A DNA stretch of 64,000 nucleotides from Octopus bimaculoides (GCF_001194135.2 NC_068993.1:27977908-28041907), one strand, 5' to 3'; shown: positions 22,503 to 34,135, numbered from the stretch's first letter. The notes: generated by a model not told the origin, from the letters alone. Translations and numbers: made by a program.

Positions 22503-23786
22503 CTAAGGTTTGTTTCCATTATCAATAGCACATTTATGAGTATATTTATAATCACTACGAGCAAACGATTTCCCGCAAGTAGCACAGTTGTATGGTTTTT
22601 CCCCAGTGTGAGTGCGTTTATGTCTTATTAAAGTACCAATTTGAGAAAATCTTTTGCCACAGATTTCACAGTGGTGAGGTTTTTCCCCAGTATGAATACG
22701 TGTATGTCCTATTAGGCTACCCTTTTCTGAAAATTCTTTGCCACAAACGTCACAGTGATATGGTTTCTCACCAGTATGAGTACGTCTGTGTACTGTTAAA
22801 AAAGTCTTTTGAGAAAATGCTTTCCCACAAATCTCACAGTGATGTGGTTTTTCTCCAGTGTGAATACGTTTATGTTTTCTTAATATGGTATTATTTGAAA
22901 AATATTTTCCACATATTTCACAGTGATATGGTTTTTCTCCAGTGTGAATGCGGTTGTGTCTTACTAAAGAACCATTTTGAGCAAATGCTTTGCCACAGAT
23001 TTCACAGTTGTGTGGCTTTTCTCCAGTGTGAACACGTTTATGTCCTCTTAAGCTGCTCTGATCAGCAAATTTTCTTCCACAAACTTCACAGTGATATGGT
23101 TTCTCTCCCGTATGGGTGCGTTTGTGTATTGTTACAACATATTTTTCAGGAAATGCTTTCCCACATATGTCACAGTGGTGCTGTTTCTCTCCAGTGTGAA
23201 CACGTTTATGCTTTCTTAATACAGGTTTGTCTGAAAATTCTTTCCCACATGTTTCACACTGATATGGTTTCTCTCCAGTATGAGAACGTTTGTGTACTAT
23301 CAAGGAAGATTTAACAGCAAATGTTTTCTCACATATTTCACAGTGGTATGGCTTTGAGTGCACACTTTTGTGTCTTTGAAAGTCACTCACATTAGAAAAA
23401 GCTTTCCCGCAATCATCACACTTGAATGGTTTTTCTCCAGTATGAATACGTTTATGTCTTGTTAAGTTACCAAATTGAGTAAAAGGTCTCCCACATATTT
23501 CACAGTGGTATTGCCTTTCTCTAGTGTGAGTAAGTGTGTGTGCTGTTAGATTGCCTTTTGTAGAAAATGCTCTCCCACATATTTCACAGTGGTGTGGCTT
23601 CTCTCCTGTGTGAGTATGTAAGTGAGCTTTTAAATGACCTGTTTTAGAGAATGCTTTTCCACATATTTTACACTTGTATGGCTTTTCCCCTGTGTGAGTG
23701 CACTTGTGAATAGATAATTTACATTTTGTAGTAAGTGTTTTCCCACAAATATTACATTTGTAACGTTTTCCAGCTTTCTGAAACAT
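22503..23786 (-). CDS. Poly-C2H2 zinc-finger protein ZNF-C (14 C2H2 plus a terminal C2HC finger)
   Basis: 427-aa ORF of tandem fingers with HTGEKP linkers. Minus-strand acceptor ttattttattttatttcag, with the exon starting at 23866. Confidence 0.95.
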   Translation of the reverse strand: MFQKAGKRYKCNICGKTLTTKCKLSIHKCTHTGEKPYKCKICGKAFSKTGHLKAHLHTHTGEKPHHCEICGRAFSTKGNLTAHTLTHTRERQYHCEICGRPFTQFGNLTRHKRIHTGEKPFKCDDCGKAFSNVSDFQRHKSVHSKPYHCEICEKTFAVKSSLIVHKRSHTGEKPYQCETCGKEFSDKPVLRKHKRVHTGEKQHHCDICGKAFPEKYVVTIHKRTHTGEKPYHCEVCGRKFADQSSLRGHKRVHTGEKPHNCEICGKAFAQNGSLVRHNRIHTGEKPYHCEICGKYFSNNTILRKHKRIHTGEKPHHCEICGKAFSQKTFLTVHRRTHTGEKPYHCDVCGKEFSEKGSLIGHTRIHTGEKPHHCEICGKRFSQIGTLIRHKRTHTGEKPYNCATCGKSFARSDYKYTHKCAIDNGNKP

Positions 23787-23992
23787 TCTTTGAACATAGA
23801 AACTTCAAACTTAAAATTCTGATCTTATTTTTCCCTTCTGCTAAGACATTTGCAAGTAAATATATCCTGAAATAAAATAAAATAAATATTAGATACATTT
23901 ACCAATAAATTGTAGAATGTATGAATAACTAATCGCATCAGTATCATATAGTTTTCATAAACACAGACAGTAGATCAGTATTTCAAAGGAGA

Positions 23993-24220
23993 TTAGCCCT
24001 TTAGTATTCACATTATTCCATCAAATGCAATGTATGTTTGTTTATATTGTATTGAATTAGTCATGCAATATCTTGTAGTTTAGAGATTTTGAGAATGTGA
24101 TTATTTAGTTTTAGAATGACATTGTAGGGTCACGGTCAGAGGTTGGATCTGGCCAGTTTCAACATGAAACAAGTTGTATATTTTGGCCAGGTATGGCCAG
24201 TTTGAATGCTTAAGAGTTAA
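23993..24220. mobile_element. piggyBac-like MITE
   Basis: Ends ttag-ccctttagtattc and gaatgcttaagag-ttaa, i.e. degenerate TTAA target sites and CCCTT-type TIRs. Confidence 0.6.
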
Positions 24221-24873
24221 GACTTCACATGAAAATAGCACATTCATAATGAAATATTAAAACATATGAATGCTTGCCAATTTTGCAATAAAGTGTTATA
24301 CACTGGCCAATTTATTAACAGACTTAAAGCAGGTATACTTAGTTAAACAGAAGAGTTGATTTAATACAAGTAATAGAACTGTATGCAACTTACTTCTAAC
24401 ACAGCAGTGATACACATATGGTCATCCTACAACACATCAGAAAAAGATGACCAGAATGATTAGCATGAAGTCACTAATGTACTTTATTCCTTAGTGCCTT
24501 TTTACTGAAACTTCAGTGGCCTGCTTTTCAAGAACAAAAGCTGCACCACAGCCATGAAGACCATAGGCATAACTTTTCCTCCAGATCAAACCATGAAAAG
24601 CAAAAACCTTTCAATACTACTGTAGTTTTGAGAAATGAAGAACATTGATATGATTCAGTATAGTGTTCCTTCCTCAAATCTTGAAAAGAAACCAAAAGGA
24701 GAAAACCAATACAGGCTCAAATTATTGTTGTAGATAATGCTAGATACTTGAAAAACTGATTAACAACTTTTCTTGATGTTTATTGGTGAAATAAAATTAT
24801 AAAGGAAGTTCTGGTGGAAATATCATGCCTGTATGATAATTTTAACTCAGTACTGAATGTGGTTAATATATAG

Positions 24874-26750
24874 TTTAACTCCTGGTCACCAAAACAAACA
24901 AAAAAAAACAGTCTAATAGGTGTAAATAAATGTGTAGAAAACGAATATTAAAAATTTGTGGGAGGACTTTCGGAAAATTCACAAGATGCAATTTTCCCCC
25001 ACATAACTTTCGGGAAAATGGATATATATTAGTGAAATTTTATAGAAATATTATTTAAATGGCATAGACTACGATTTTAAAGAAATTTGTGGGGAAAATG
25101 TTTCCCCAAGGGGTGGGGAGAGGATTTCGGAAAATTCACACAATCTAATTTTTGCCCTCATAACTTTCAGGAAAATGGATATCTTTTAATGAAATTTTAC
25201 AGAAACACCTTTCAAACAGCATAAATTATGATTATAAAGAAATTTGAGGGGAAAATGATTTCCGAAGGGGTGGAGAGACGACTGTCGGAAAATGAACCGT
25301 TTTTTCCCTTATAACTTTCAGGATCTAGTTTAGCACCCGGTCACCAAAACAAAAACAAAAAAAAGTCTAATAGGTGTAAAAAATGTGTAGATATACACAT
25401 ATACATACCTTTGTCTTGGTTGATAATTATTTGATGGCAACAATTCGAGAGAGGAAGGTATAACTTGGCTGCCTCTATGAAGAACTTTCTTCATGTTGAG
25501 AAGTCATAAATAAATATCTTGCAAAATATTGTTGCAGATATTTTGATATCGAATTCCTGGCTTTTGGATTGATTCTTTTATGTCTCTCTACAGTCTTTCA
25601 ATGTTTTGTGTGTGTATGTTTCTATGTGTGCTATTTTCAAAATTGTTAGAGTGAGGCATTTTCCCATCATTATTTCAATGTTGGCATATCACTGTTTCGT
25701 AATACTCCGTGTGAACGAAGGATCTCAACTGACTTTTGATCATTACAACGAAAAGTGCTGATGCATTCATAGTAATCAAAATTACAATTTTCACAGATAT
25801 TGAAATTCTCCATTCTCGAGTACTAGTTTTCAAATGTGACAATATTGAAAATAAAATGAGGGATAGATTTCAAGTAAACCTCTCCAAAGCCTTTCAAATG
25901 GCATAGATTATGATGATAAAGAAATTTGTGGAATATTGGTGGAATATAAACAATAATAATAAAAAGAAGCTGTGTGTGTAAGAAAATATATTTTCTATAA
26001 GAAAAGTATGCTAAACAGATCGTGTGAATTTTCCGACAGTCCTTTCAGAAAACATTTTCCCTTCAAATTTTTTTTATAATCGTAATCTATGCCATTTGAA
26101 AGGTGTTTCTGTAAAATTTCACTAAAAGATATCCATTTTCCTGAAAGTTATGAGGGAAAAAATTGGATCAGGTGAATTTTCCGAAAGTCCTCTCCCCATC
26201 CACCGTCCGTTCGTTTGCGCAAATTTTTGTTTTCATTTTCGTTTCCTGCACATTTAAAAAAAAAATTTTTTTACACCTAGTAGACTGGGTTTCTTTTCTT
26301 TTGTTTTGGTGACCGGGTGCTAAACTAGATCCTGAAAGCTATGAGGGAAAAAAAAAAGGGATCGTGTGAATTTTCCGACAGTCCTTTCAGAAAACATTTT
26401 CCCTTCAAATTTTTTTTATAATCGTAATCTATGCCATTTGAAAGGTGTTTCTGTAAAATTNNNNNNNNNNNNNNNNNNNNNNNNNNNNNNNNNNNNNNNN
26501 NNNNNNNNNNNNNNNNNNNNNNNNNNNNNNNNNNNNNNNNNNNNNNNNATTTGAAAGGTGTTTCTGTAAAATTTCACTAAAAGATATCCATTTTCCTGAA
26601 AGTTATGAGGGAAAAAATTGGATCAGGTGAATTTTCCGAAAGTCCTCTCCCCATCCACCGTCCGTTCGTTTGCGCAAATTTTTGTTTTCCTATTCGTTTT
26701 CTACACATTTATTTACACCTGTTTTTTTTTTTTTGTAACCGGGAGTTAAA
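24874..26750. mobile_element. Foldback-type DNA element with nested terminal motifs and about 130-150-bp subterminal tandem repeats
   Basis: Outer TIR tttaactcctggtcacc / gtaaccgggagttaaa. Perfect inner 25-bp IR at 25321-25345 / 26308-26332. Forward repeats at 24960-25320 and inverted repeats at 26020-26650. Contains a gap. Confidence 0.8.
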
Positions 26751-27899
26751 TTATATATTAACTCTGAATGCTCAATATTAATTTCTTAATTATACAGTTT
26801 CGAATATTAGGTTCACTCTCTCTAAGAAGAGTATATTGTTCTTTAGTAACAGAATAATCACCATGTTCTTTTGTAGTCACCTTGTAATGCACGTTACTTT
26901 GCGAATGTGCACCGGCTCTTCCTCCTCGCCCTCTACTAATCTTTCTAATACCCTCCAACAACAACAATAAATCAGTTCCTCCCATCATACTGTAACTTCT
27001 TCCAACAATACATCCATTCCGCCCAGCATACGACAACTTTTTCCAACACCTCACCTAAAGTTTATAAATCACTCCATTCTCTTTTTCACTCTGTAAGCTA
27101 GTGTTAATGTCACGACAAAATGCACAAATAGTCTATAAAGTGGTTTGTGTTAGGAAGGCCATCCAGCCATAGAAACCAAGCAAAATAACAGAGAAACTGG
27201 AGCAAGACAAGGTCCTTCAATCCATCTAATCATGTCACACTGTCCAAGCCATATCAGCATGGAAAGTGGATGTAAGATGATGATGACAATTGCATTTGAA
27301 AGCGGTATTGTTTCACTTCAAGAAATTTTCAATACTGTTATTTCATTTTCAATTTATTACATATGAAAATGGAATTACAAATGGAAAATCCCTGATGTTC
27401 AGAACATTAAAATCTGAGGACCATTTTTTGTAATAAAAAATGGAATACGTAATATAAAAATCAGTGTTGTTTTTTTTTTTTTAAGAATCTACACCGAAAC
27501 GTATTGGCATCGGTCCGCCCATCCAAGAACGTTATCCAAACCAAATCAATGATGGGAGCATAAGAAGAGATAGCCAATGCCTTGGCGTCATTCACACAAC
27601 AGAATTATAAAATGTATCAAGGCACGTTGAAAACAACTATCGATATTATATAAATAATATACAGGTGGAGTTTCGTCTGCCAATGTACATAAATAAATGT
27701 TATCTCACCTCAATGTATTCTTTTCCTAACATCGATAAATAGCAGGATATAGACGACACACAGCAGATCATTAAATTCATTTACAGTTTTCCTGCAGTAA
27801 ATTAGTAATCATTTCTGTATTCTATATATATTTCTACGTTTTATAAAGGTTTTTTTTATATTCAGGTAAATAAATCTTTAGACAAACTTCGATGTGAAC

Positions 27900-27960
27900 T
27901 TCCCGCTAGGGCTTAATGAGCATGCGCAGGTCAAATAAATCACTTCCGGAGCCGCTATAA
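27900..27960 (-). promoter_or_regulatory. Candidate ZNF-C promoter (ETS motif plus NRF1-like motif)
   Basis: cacttccgg at 27941-27949 and gcatgcgcag at 27920-27929 lie in a local CpG-rich patch. Candidate minus-strand donor AG|GTGAGA at 27709/27708. Confidence 0.45.
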
Positions 27961-28059
27961 CGTTTCTTGTTATAGGTCAAATTCTATCTTGATTTAAGTG
28001 TATTTTCTTTGCGAGCTGTTAGAATCATTAAGTATGCTAGGCAAAATCTCTTGCGGCAT

Positions 28060-28200
28060 TTCATCCGTCCCTACGTTCAAATTCCACCGAGGTCGACTTT
28101 GCCTTTCATCTATTCAGGGTCGATAAATCAAGTACCAGTGAAATTAAGTCCCCTTCCCTCAAATTACAGATCTTGTGCGTATAGTAGAAAGGATTATTAA
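28060..28200 (+). mobile_element. SINE, family 3 (3' part)
   Basis: gttcaaattccaccgaggtcgactttgcctttcatc...gtcgataaatcaagtaccagt. Confidence 0.75.
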
Positions 28201-28672
28201 CTAGCGGGACTCGTCAATATTTCACGGGATTAATAGTAAACTTATTGGGTTATTTCAGAAAACTTTATCCAAAAAACCTGAAAGCGTAGCGTGTGTTGTG
28301 CCAATATCAAAAGTCGCTCATCTCCTAAGCATAGAAAAGTGAAAGAAATTCGAATACGATGATTACTTAATGCGTTTTATATATACACTTTATGTATTTT
28401 ATGCCCAATTTTATTGCTTTAATATACAACACTCTCACTCTTTGTCTCACCCTCTTTCTCTCTCTCCTTTTTCTTTCGCTTTTCGCCTTTCCATTCAACT
28501 AATCACGTGAAAGTGTTACAGACGGACTGAGTAATGGAGAAAAAATATCTAGTTCAAAAACAAATTACAAATTTCACTCACCACCACCTCTCCCTCCCCC
28601 TCTTCCTCTGATCACATGCTAGCGTATACTGATGGGCTAAGTAACGGAGAAAAAAGCAGAATTATAATAAGA
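28201..28672 (-). mobile_element. Non-autonomous Helitron (472 bp)
   Basis: The minus strand starts TC (28672) and ends with the hairpin cccgtgaaatattgacgag followed by CTAG (28201). Inserted between A and T with no TSD. Confidence 0.8.
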
Positions 28673-28999
28673 TTATTGGTATCTCACGTACAATTATGAT
28701 CCATAAGTTTTGCTGCTTTTCACTTGTTTGCATAACATTCAGAGTTAAAATGTTTGTTACAAATTGTAAGTAGGGTGCCGTACATTGTCCACTGAAAAGG
28801 CAACCCCATAATATTTGTGCCTTCAACCCAAATATTACAATTTTATTTTCAAATTACGCCCATAAAATATCCTAGAAAGAAAAGGAAAGATGCGATCATC
28901 CCCTCTTGGTGGTTGGATTGCTGCAATGCACAGCAATATCTGCTCTGTGGTTAGTGAATGGTAACTTTTGGAACTAGTTAATGTCATGTGTTTGGTCTG

Positions 29000-30390
29000 C
29001 CAAAGATGTCCCTTCTCATAGCTTTTCTATGTGTTGATTCTTGAGCCAATACTACACAAATTAGAGGTGTCATGGGGCATTCCATGCAAACTAGGATGTG
29101 GGAGATCCATATCAGCATATTTCTACATCATCATAGTGGTGTCAAGCACCAAACACATTGAGATGATTGGCACTGCTCTCAAGAGGTACAAGGCAGTAAA
29201 GAAGCAAAAATTAGCCAAGAAAATTAGCCAGGAAGAGTTTGCAGCTCAGTACCTGAAGAGGCAGGTCGATGCCATCTAACAGCATCATCAGGTGCTAGAC
29301 AGACAGGTTGACTGGTTAAATTGCTTAGGGTTTGGTTTGGTCTGGACCTCCAGATGACAAAAACTAGGATGAGGTAACAAACAAGGCAGCCTCTCTCACT
29401 CAGAAATGGGCTGAGAGGAAGCTATCCTTGAAAGGTCAAGCAAAGGTGGCAAATGCATACATTGCATCCACAATCTATTACTGCCTGACTGTCGCGCCTT
29501 GTCTTGGTTAACATCTGGCTGCACTGGAGCACCTAGTCTTTTGCTTTTTATGGAAGGGACAAGTTCCACTGGTCAGGCAGTCCATTTGCTGTCAACACCC
29601 ACTGTGTGGAGGACTGGGCATGCCATGGCTGATGATGCACTGAGGCTACATCTCCAACTCTTCCTTGACAGTGAACAAGTGTGGTCACTATTTGCTAAAT
29701 ACATTTCCCCAGCTCATCTCTTTAATGGAGCTGCACTTCTGGATCAAGTGAAGGCTAAGAGGAAGCAACTGGAGATTGGAATGTCTTCAAGTGCTTAAGC
29801 CCTGAACAAGTCTGGCAATACAATCAGTGGAAACTCTACTTTGGCATTCTATAGAGGGTTAGTGGAAGGTAAAAGTCATGTCATTCTTGGGAAGATTCTG
29901 GGTATCTATAATAATCAACTAACCAATCTTTCCAGAGAACTTTCAATCCAGAGCCCATGGACAACTTCCCAAAATCCCTGGCCTGACAGTTCTACCAGAG
30001 AGCATTGCCAGTTCAAGATAAACTGTACAGGCATGGAAGTGTAGTCAGCTGGGCCTGTCCAAGATGTGCACGGGGTGACAAAACCATCCTGCATGCACTC
30101 ATAGTGTCCAAGCATTTGCTGATTTGTGGGTTTATGTAAAATACCTGCTGTCATGTGTAGGATGGATCCAACTACTGGCTGAGTCCATTGTGAAGGTTAC
30201 TTGCCACTTTCCTTTAACCGGGAAAGGCAAGCAGTTTTTATTTGCCTGGTGGCTATGGTGAAAGAAGTCATTTGGGGAACATGTCTGAAAAGGATGAAGA
30301 CTGGTACTTTATTTTTCAATGAAGTCTTGATTAACTTTTCTCAGGTTTCACTTGAAAAGAAAAATCAGAGTAGTGGATAACAGCTAGCCT
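29000..30390 (+). mobile_element. Tx1/L1-clade LINE ORF2 remnant
   Basis: Broken translation LILEPILHKLE...GRSISAY(degenerate YADD)IIIVVSSTKHIEMIGTALKRY...LSLRKGQAKVANAYIASTIYYCL...FHLKRKIRV, typical of the Tx1 RT and C-terminus. Confidence 0.75.
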
Positions 30391-30410
30391 TCGGTCGCAC
30401 TTTTGGACCC

Positions 30411-31375
30411 TGTTGTGTCCACCACTCTGATTGGTTGTTATTGGCGCTCAATTTGTCTCTTGCTCTATTTTGCGCCAAGATGCAACCCAACCAATCGCAA
30501 CCTTCAGATAAGGTCACGTGAGACAATATCATAAAAGCCAGCTTTTACCATCCTGTTTGTCAGTCCGGCTCCAGACCTTCTGAGGTTTAGCCACTGGCCA
30601 CAGAGCACACAACCAGTTCCAGCGACGACACAACAGCAACCTCATGGAGAACACCAACACTTCGTTCAACTGCTTACGACACATCATCTTCATCGCCTCC
30701 AGCTTCTTATCATCTACACAAACTTCTCTGCGTACACACCACCAACAGCACCCACACAGGTTCTATCACCACACCGTTTGTGAATTACTTCACCATGGTT
30801 AACAGCGAATACAGCCTGCGAGATCTCCTGTACCAAGTAACCGGCAGCAGCATTGAAGCCTTAACTTCTCACGACATGTGCCTCATCCCGGTTCTGCGTT
30901 GCCGCCCCAACTTCTTGTTACAGCACCTCAACCACTCTGTAGCTTGGATACGAACTGGTATTTACCATTCTTGTGTCTGGACTTTCTTCTAACGTCCTCA
31001 TAGACTCTTTTCTACGCTCTGTATTTCTCGCACACGCATACACACGTTTGTATACACATACACTTTGTTTGCATGACGGCTTGTCTATTATTGTGTTTAT
31101 ATGTCGCACTCACACACACAGACACACAAGTTGACATATCAATAAAATCTTCTCTTAAACATTCTACCATTTGTGTCTCTCTTTTCCTTTCGGCACTTAC
31201 ACTCATTTATCCTCTTTTCATATTTTTATTTGTATCGACCGTGCGATGTGCCAAAGGAGCCATTCCTCGTCACCTCTCCCAATCGCACGGTCCTTACATA
31301 TCCATTTGGGCAGGTATATGACACACCAATAAACTAAACCTTACAAATTAAATCATTCTATCGAGGGAGCACAAC
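30411..31375 (+). mobile_element. Possible solo LTR or long TE terminal region
   Basis: Begins tgttg. Contains ATTGG/CCAAT boxes (30430-30495), CACGTG, a cataaaag TATA-like site (about 30530) and AATAAA (about 31328). GC-richer than the flanks. Right end and TSD not resolved. Confidence 0.3.
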
Positions 31376-31829
31376 CATGAGAACATATCTGTGTTAAGTC
31401 TAACAACTTGTTCAGTTCAATGCAACAAACCACTTCATCCTTGAGTGCTTTTTAGCTTTTAACGGATGGAATTCACTACCTTACAAGTATTCCACGTTTT
31501 TACATCGAGACATTCAACGTAGGCCACATCTCACAGGTATGAGCATCAGTTTCATCAGTTAAGGAACGAGAGCTTCCCAGACTCTCATCAAACAGCTACA
31601 GTGTTGTACTGAGTTCCAAGAACGTTTACATTACTGTATAAGCAATCAATGTCTGACAAATTACTGCAATAAACTGACACTGCAACTGTTTATGTTAAAT
31701 ACATCAGACTAAAGAAATTAACCACAACATTGCTTCTTTTCTTTTGTACTTTAACAACACATTTTTTTTTTAAGTAAATTGATAATTTTTTTTCAATATT
31801 TATTTTGCAAAACGATGGCCTGAAATTAT

Positions 31830-32343
31830 CTGAGGGTTTTTAAAATAATTTTCTAATTAGACAATTCCAGCTGACTTAAAGCTATCTTCTATGAAGATAA
31901 TGTAAATCATACTGGATTGGATCAGCAAACACTCAATATCTATCGTCACATTGTGGATATAGGTTCAAAGTCTTGCTATCAAACAAATGCAGAATTTAAC
32001 AACAAAATCAAATGCCTCACTGCATTACCATTTCTTCCAGTGTATGATGTTATTGATGGTTTTCTTGAACTAATTGATGATGATGATTTGCCCCAAGAAT
32101 TTGTATCATATTTTGAAACTCACTATATAGGTAGGAGGAGAACGAGGTGAAGGCAAGTGAAGATGAAGAATGCAGCCAAGCTTTTCCTACTGAATTGTGG
32201 AATGTTTTTGAAAGAACTCAGAATATGATGAGGACAAACAACAGCATAGAAGGCTTCCACAATGCAATGCAAAGCTCCACTACTAACATGCACTCAAATT
32301 TGCAGAAACCTATTAAGTATTTGAAAAAGGAAGAGACATTAGC
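31830..32343 (+). mobile_element. MULE (Mutator-like) transposase C-terminal remnant
   Basis: KIKCLTALPFLPVYDVIDGF...FVSYFETHYIG-RR...FPTELWNVFERT...RTNNSIEGFHN matches the MULE ALxFLP and WNV...RTNNxxEGFH motifs. Runs into a gap. Confidence 0.8.
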
Positions 32344-32792
32344 NNNNNNNNNNNNNNNNNNNNNNNNNNNNNNNNNNNNNNNNNNNNNNNNNNNNNNNNN
32401 NNNNNNNNNNNNNNNNNNNNNNNNNNNNNNNNNNNNNNNNNNNNNNNNNNNNNNNNNNNNNNNNNNNNNNNNNNNNNNNNNNNNNNNNNNNNNNNNNNNN
32501 NNNNNNNNNNNNNNNNNNNNNNNNNNNNNNNNNNNNNNNNNNNNNNNNNNNNNNNNNNNNNNNNNNNNNNNNNNNNNNNNNNNNNNNNNNNNNNNNNNNN
32601 NNNNNNNNNNNNNNNNNNNNNNNNNNNNNNNNNNNNNNNNNNNNNNNNNNNNNNNNNNNNNNNNNNNNNNNNNNNNNNNNNNNNNNNNNNNNNNNNNNNN
32701 NNNNNNNNNNNNNNNNNNNNNNNNNNNNNNNNNNNNNNNNNNNNNNNNNNNNNNNNNNNNNNNNNNNNNNNNNNNNNNNNNNNNNNNATATA

Positions 32793-32821
<29 letters not shown>

Positions 32822-32826
<5 letters not shown>

Positions 32827-33195
32827 CTCTTTTACTTGTTTCAGTCATTTGACTGCAGCATGCTGGAGCACCGCCTTTAGTCGAGAAAATCGACCCCAGG
32901 ACTTATTCTTTGGAAGCCTAGTACTTATTCTTTCGGTCTCTTTTTGCCGAACCGCTAGGTTACGGAGACGTAAACACACCAGCATCAGTTGCCAAGCGAT
33001 GGTGGGGGGCAAACACAGACACACAAACACATATATATGACGGGCTTCTTTCAGTTTCCGTCTACCAAATCCACTCACAAGGCTTTGGTCGGCCCGAAGC
33101 TATAGTAGAAGACACTTGCCCAAGGTGCCAAGCAGTGGGACTGAACCTGGAACCATGTGGTTGGTAAGCAAGCTACTTACCACACAGCCACTCCT
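32822..33195 (-). mobile_element. SINE, family 2, full length
   Basis: Reverse complement of the 21678-22050 pattern. Confidence 0.88.
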
Positions 33196-33406
33196 ATATA
33201 TATGATCTATATTTGTGATTGTGTATGTATGCATGTGTGTGTGAGTGCATATGTACATGCCCATGTGCATCTATTGTTTATATTGTTTCATTCCATCCTG
33301 CAACTGGGTGGTTTGTTAAATAAACATCAATAATATAATTAGTACCAGATTCAAATAAGTGCTAGACTTGATTTGATCACCGAGAATCCATATATATATT
33401 ATATAT

Positions 33407-34003
33407 ATACAATTATAATTAAGGGCATAGAAAACAATTCTTGCCTGTATACTGAAAGGAGACGCCAAACTGTCCATCTACAGTATCACCACTATTACTA
33501 TTAAACACATGTCGAAAAGCAAGGGAGCAAACCAACCGAAATTCGTAAAATTGGGTTATCTCTGAATTGGTCCAATTTCTGGATAAACCCAAAGGTTTTT
33601 CCTTCATCAACAGAGAACACCAAGGAAATAAATTAAATACTTATACATAAAAGCAACTCAATGTCATGAATGCACATAAGTACCCCAAATATATCCATAT
33701 CTATATATTTGGGGTACTTATGTGCATTCATGACATGCATCTGCTTTTCTACAGGTATGTATAAGCATTTCATTTATTTCCTTGGTGTTCTCTGCTGATG
33801 AAGAAAAAAACATTTGGGTTAATCCAGAAATTGGTCAGATCCAAAGATAATTCAATTTTATGAATTTCCATTAGCTTGTTCCCTCGCTTTTTGACATGTG
33901 TGCAATAATAATAGTGATGATATTTAATATGGTTCGACGATTTAGTGTCTCTTTTCAGCATATAGACAAGAATTTTTTTCTTTGCCCTTAATTATAATTG
34001 TAT
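33407..34003. repeat. About 600-bp foldback (inverted repeat) with a perfect 34-bp core stem
   Basis: 33661-33694 pairs perfectly with 33703-33736 around an 8-nt loop. Imperfect arms extend to atacaattataattaagggca / tgcccttaattataattgtat. Confidence 0.92.
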
Positions 34004-34086
34004 TTATGATTTCATCTTAATAGGTTTGTTTTTATATATGCTGGCCACTGATAAAATGTTTAACATTTTTATCCTTTTATATTATA

Positions 34087-34092
<6 letters not shown>

Positions 34093-34132
<40 letters not shown>
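34093..34132. repeat. (TA)n microsatellite
   Basis: Direct reading. Similar tracts lie at about 265-300, 52523-52556, 54818-54850 and 57231-57305. Confidence 0.95.

Positions 34133-34135
<3 letters not shown>

Noticed and set aside
22592-23314. 240-aa plus-strand ORF antisense to ZNF-C (similar ORFs at 1484-1792, 10246-10521, 10906-11181, 36622-36936 and 47392-47610)
   Set aside because: Periodic MVSL..C/HKFHSG text is the expected antisense shadow of repeated C2H2 codons. There is no independent evidence of coding.
32147-33040. 297-aa ORF and other X-filled ORFs near 21200-21580, 26366 and 54130-54550
   Set aside because: Their length comes from N gaps. Only the MULE remnant before the gap at 32344 is real.
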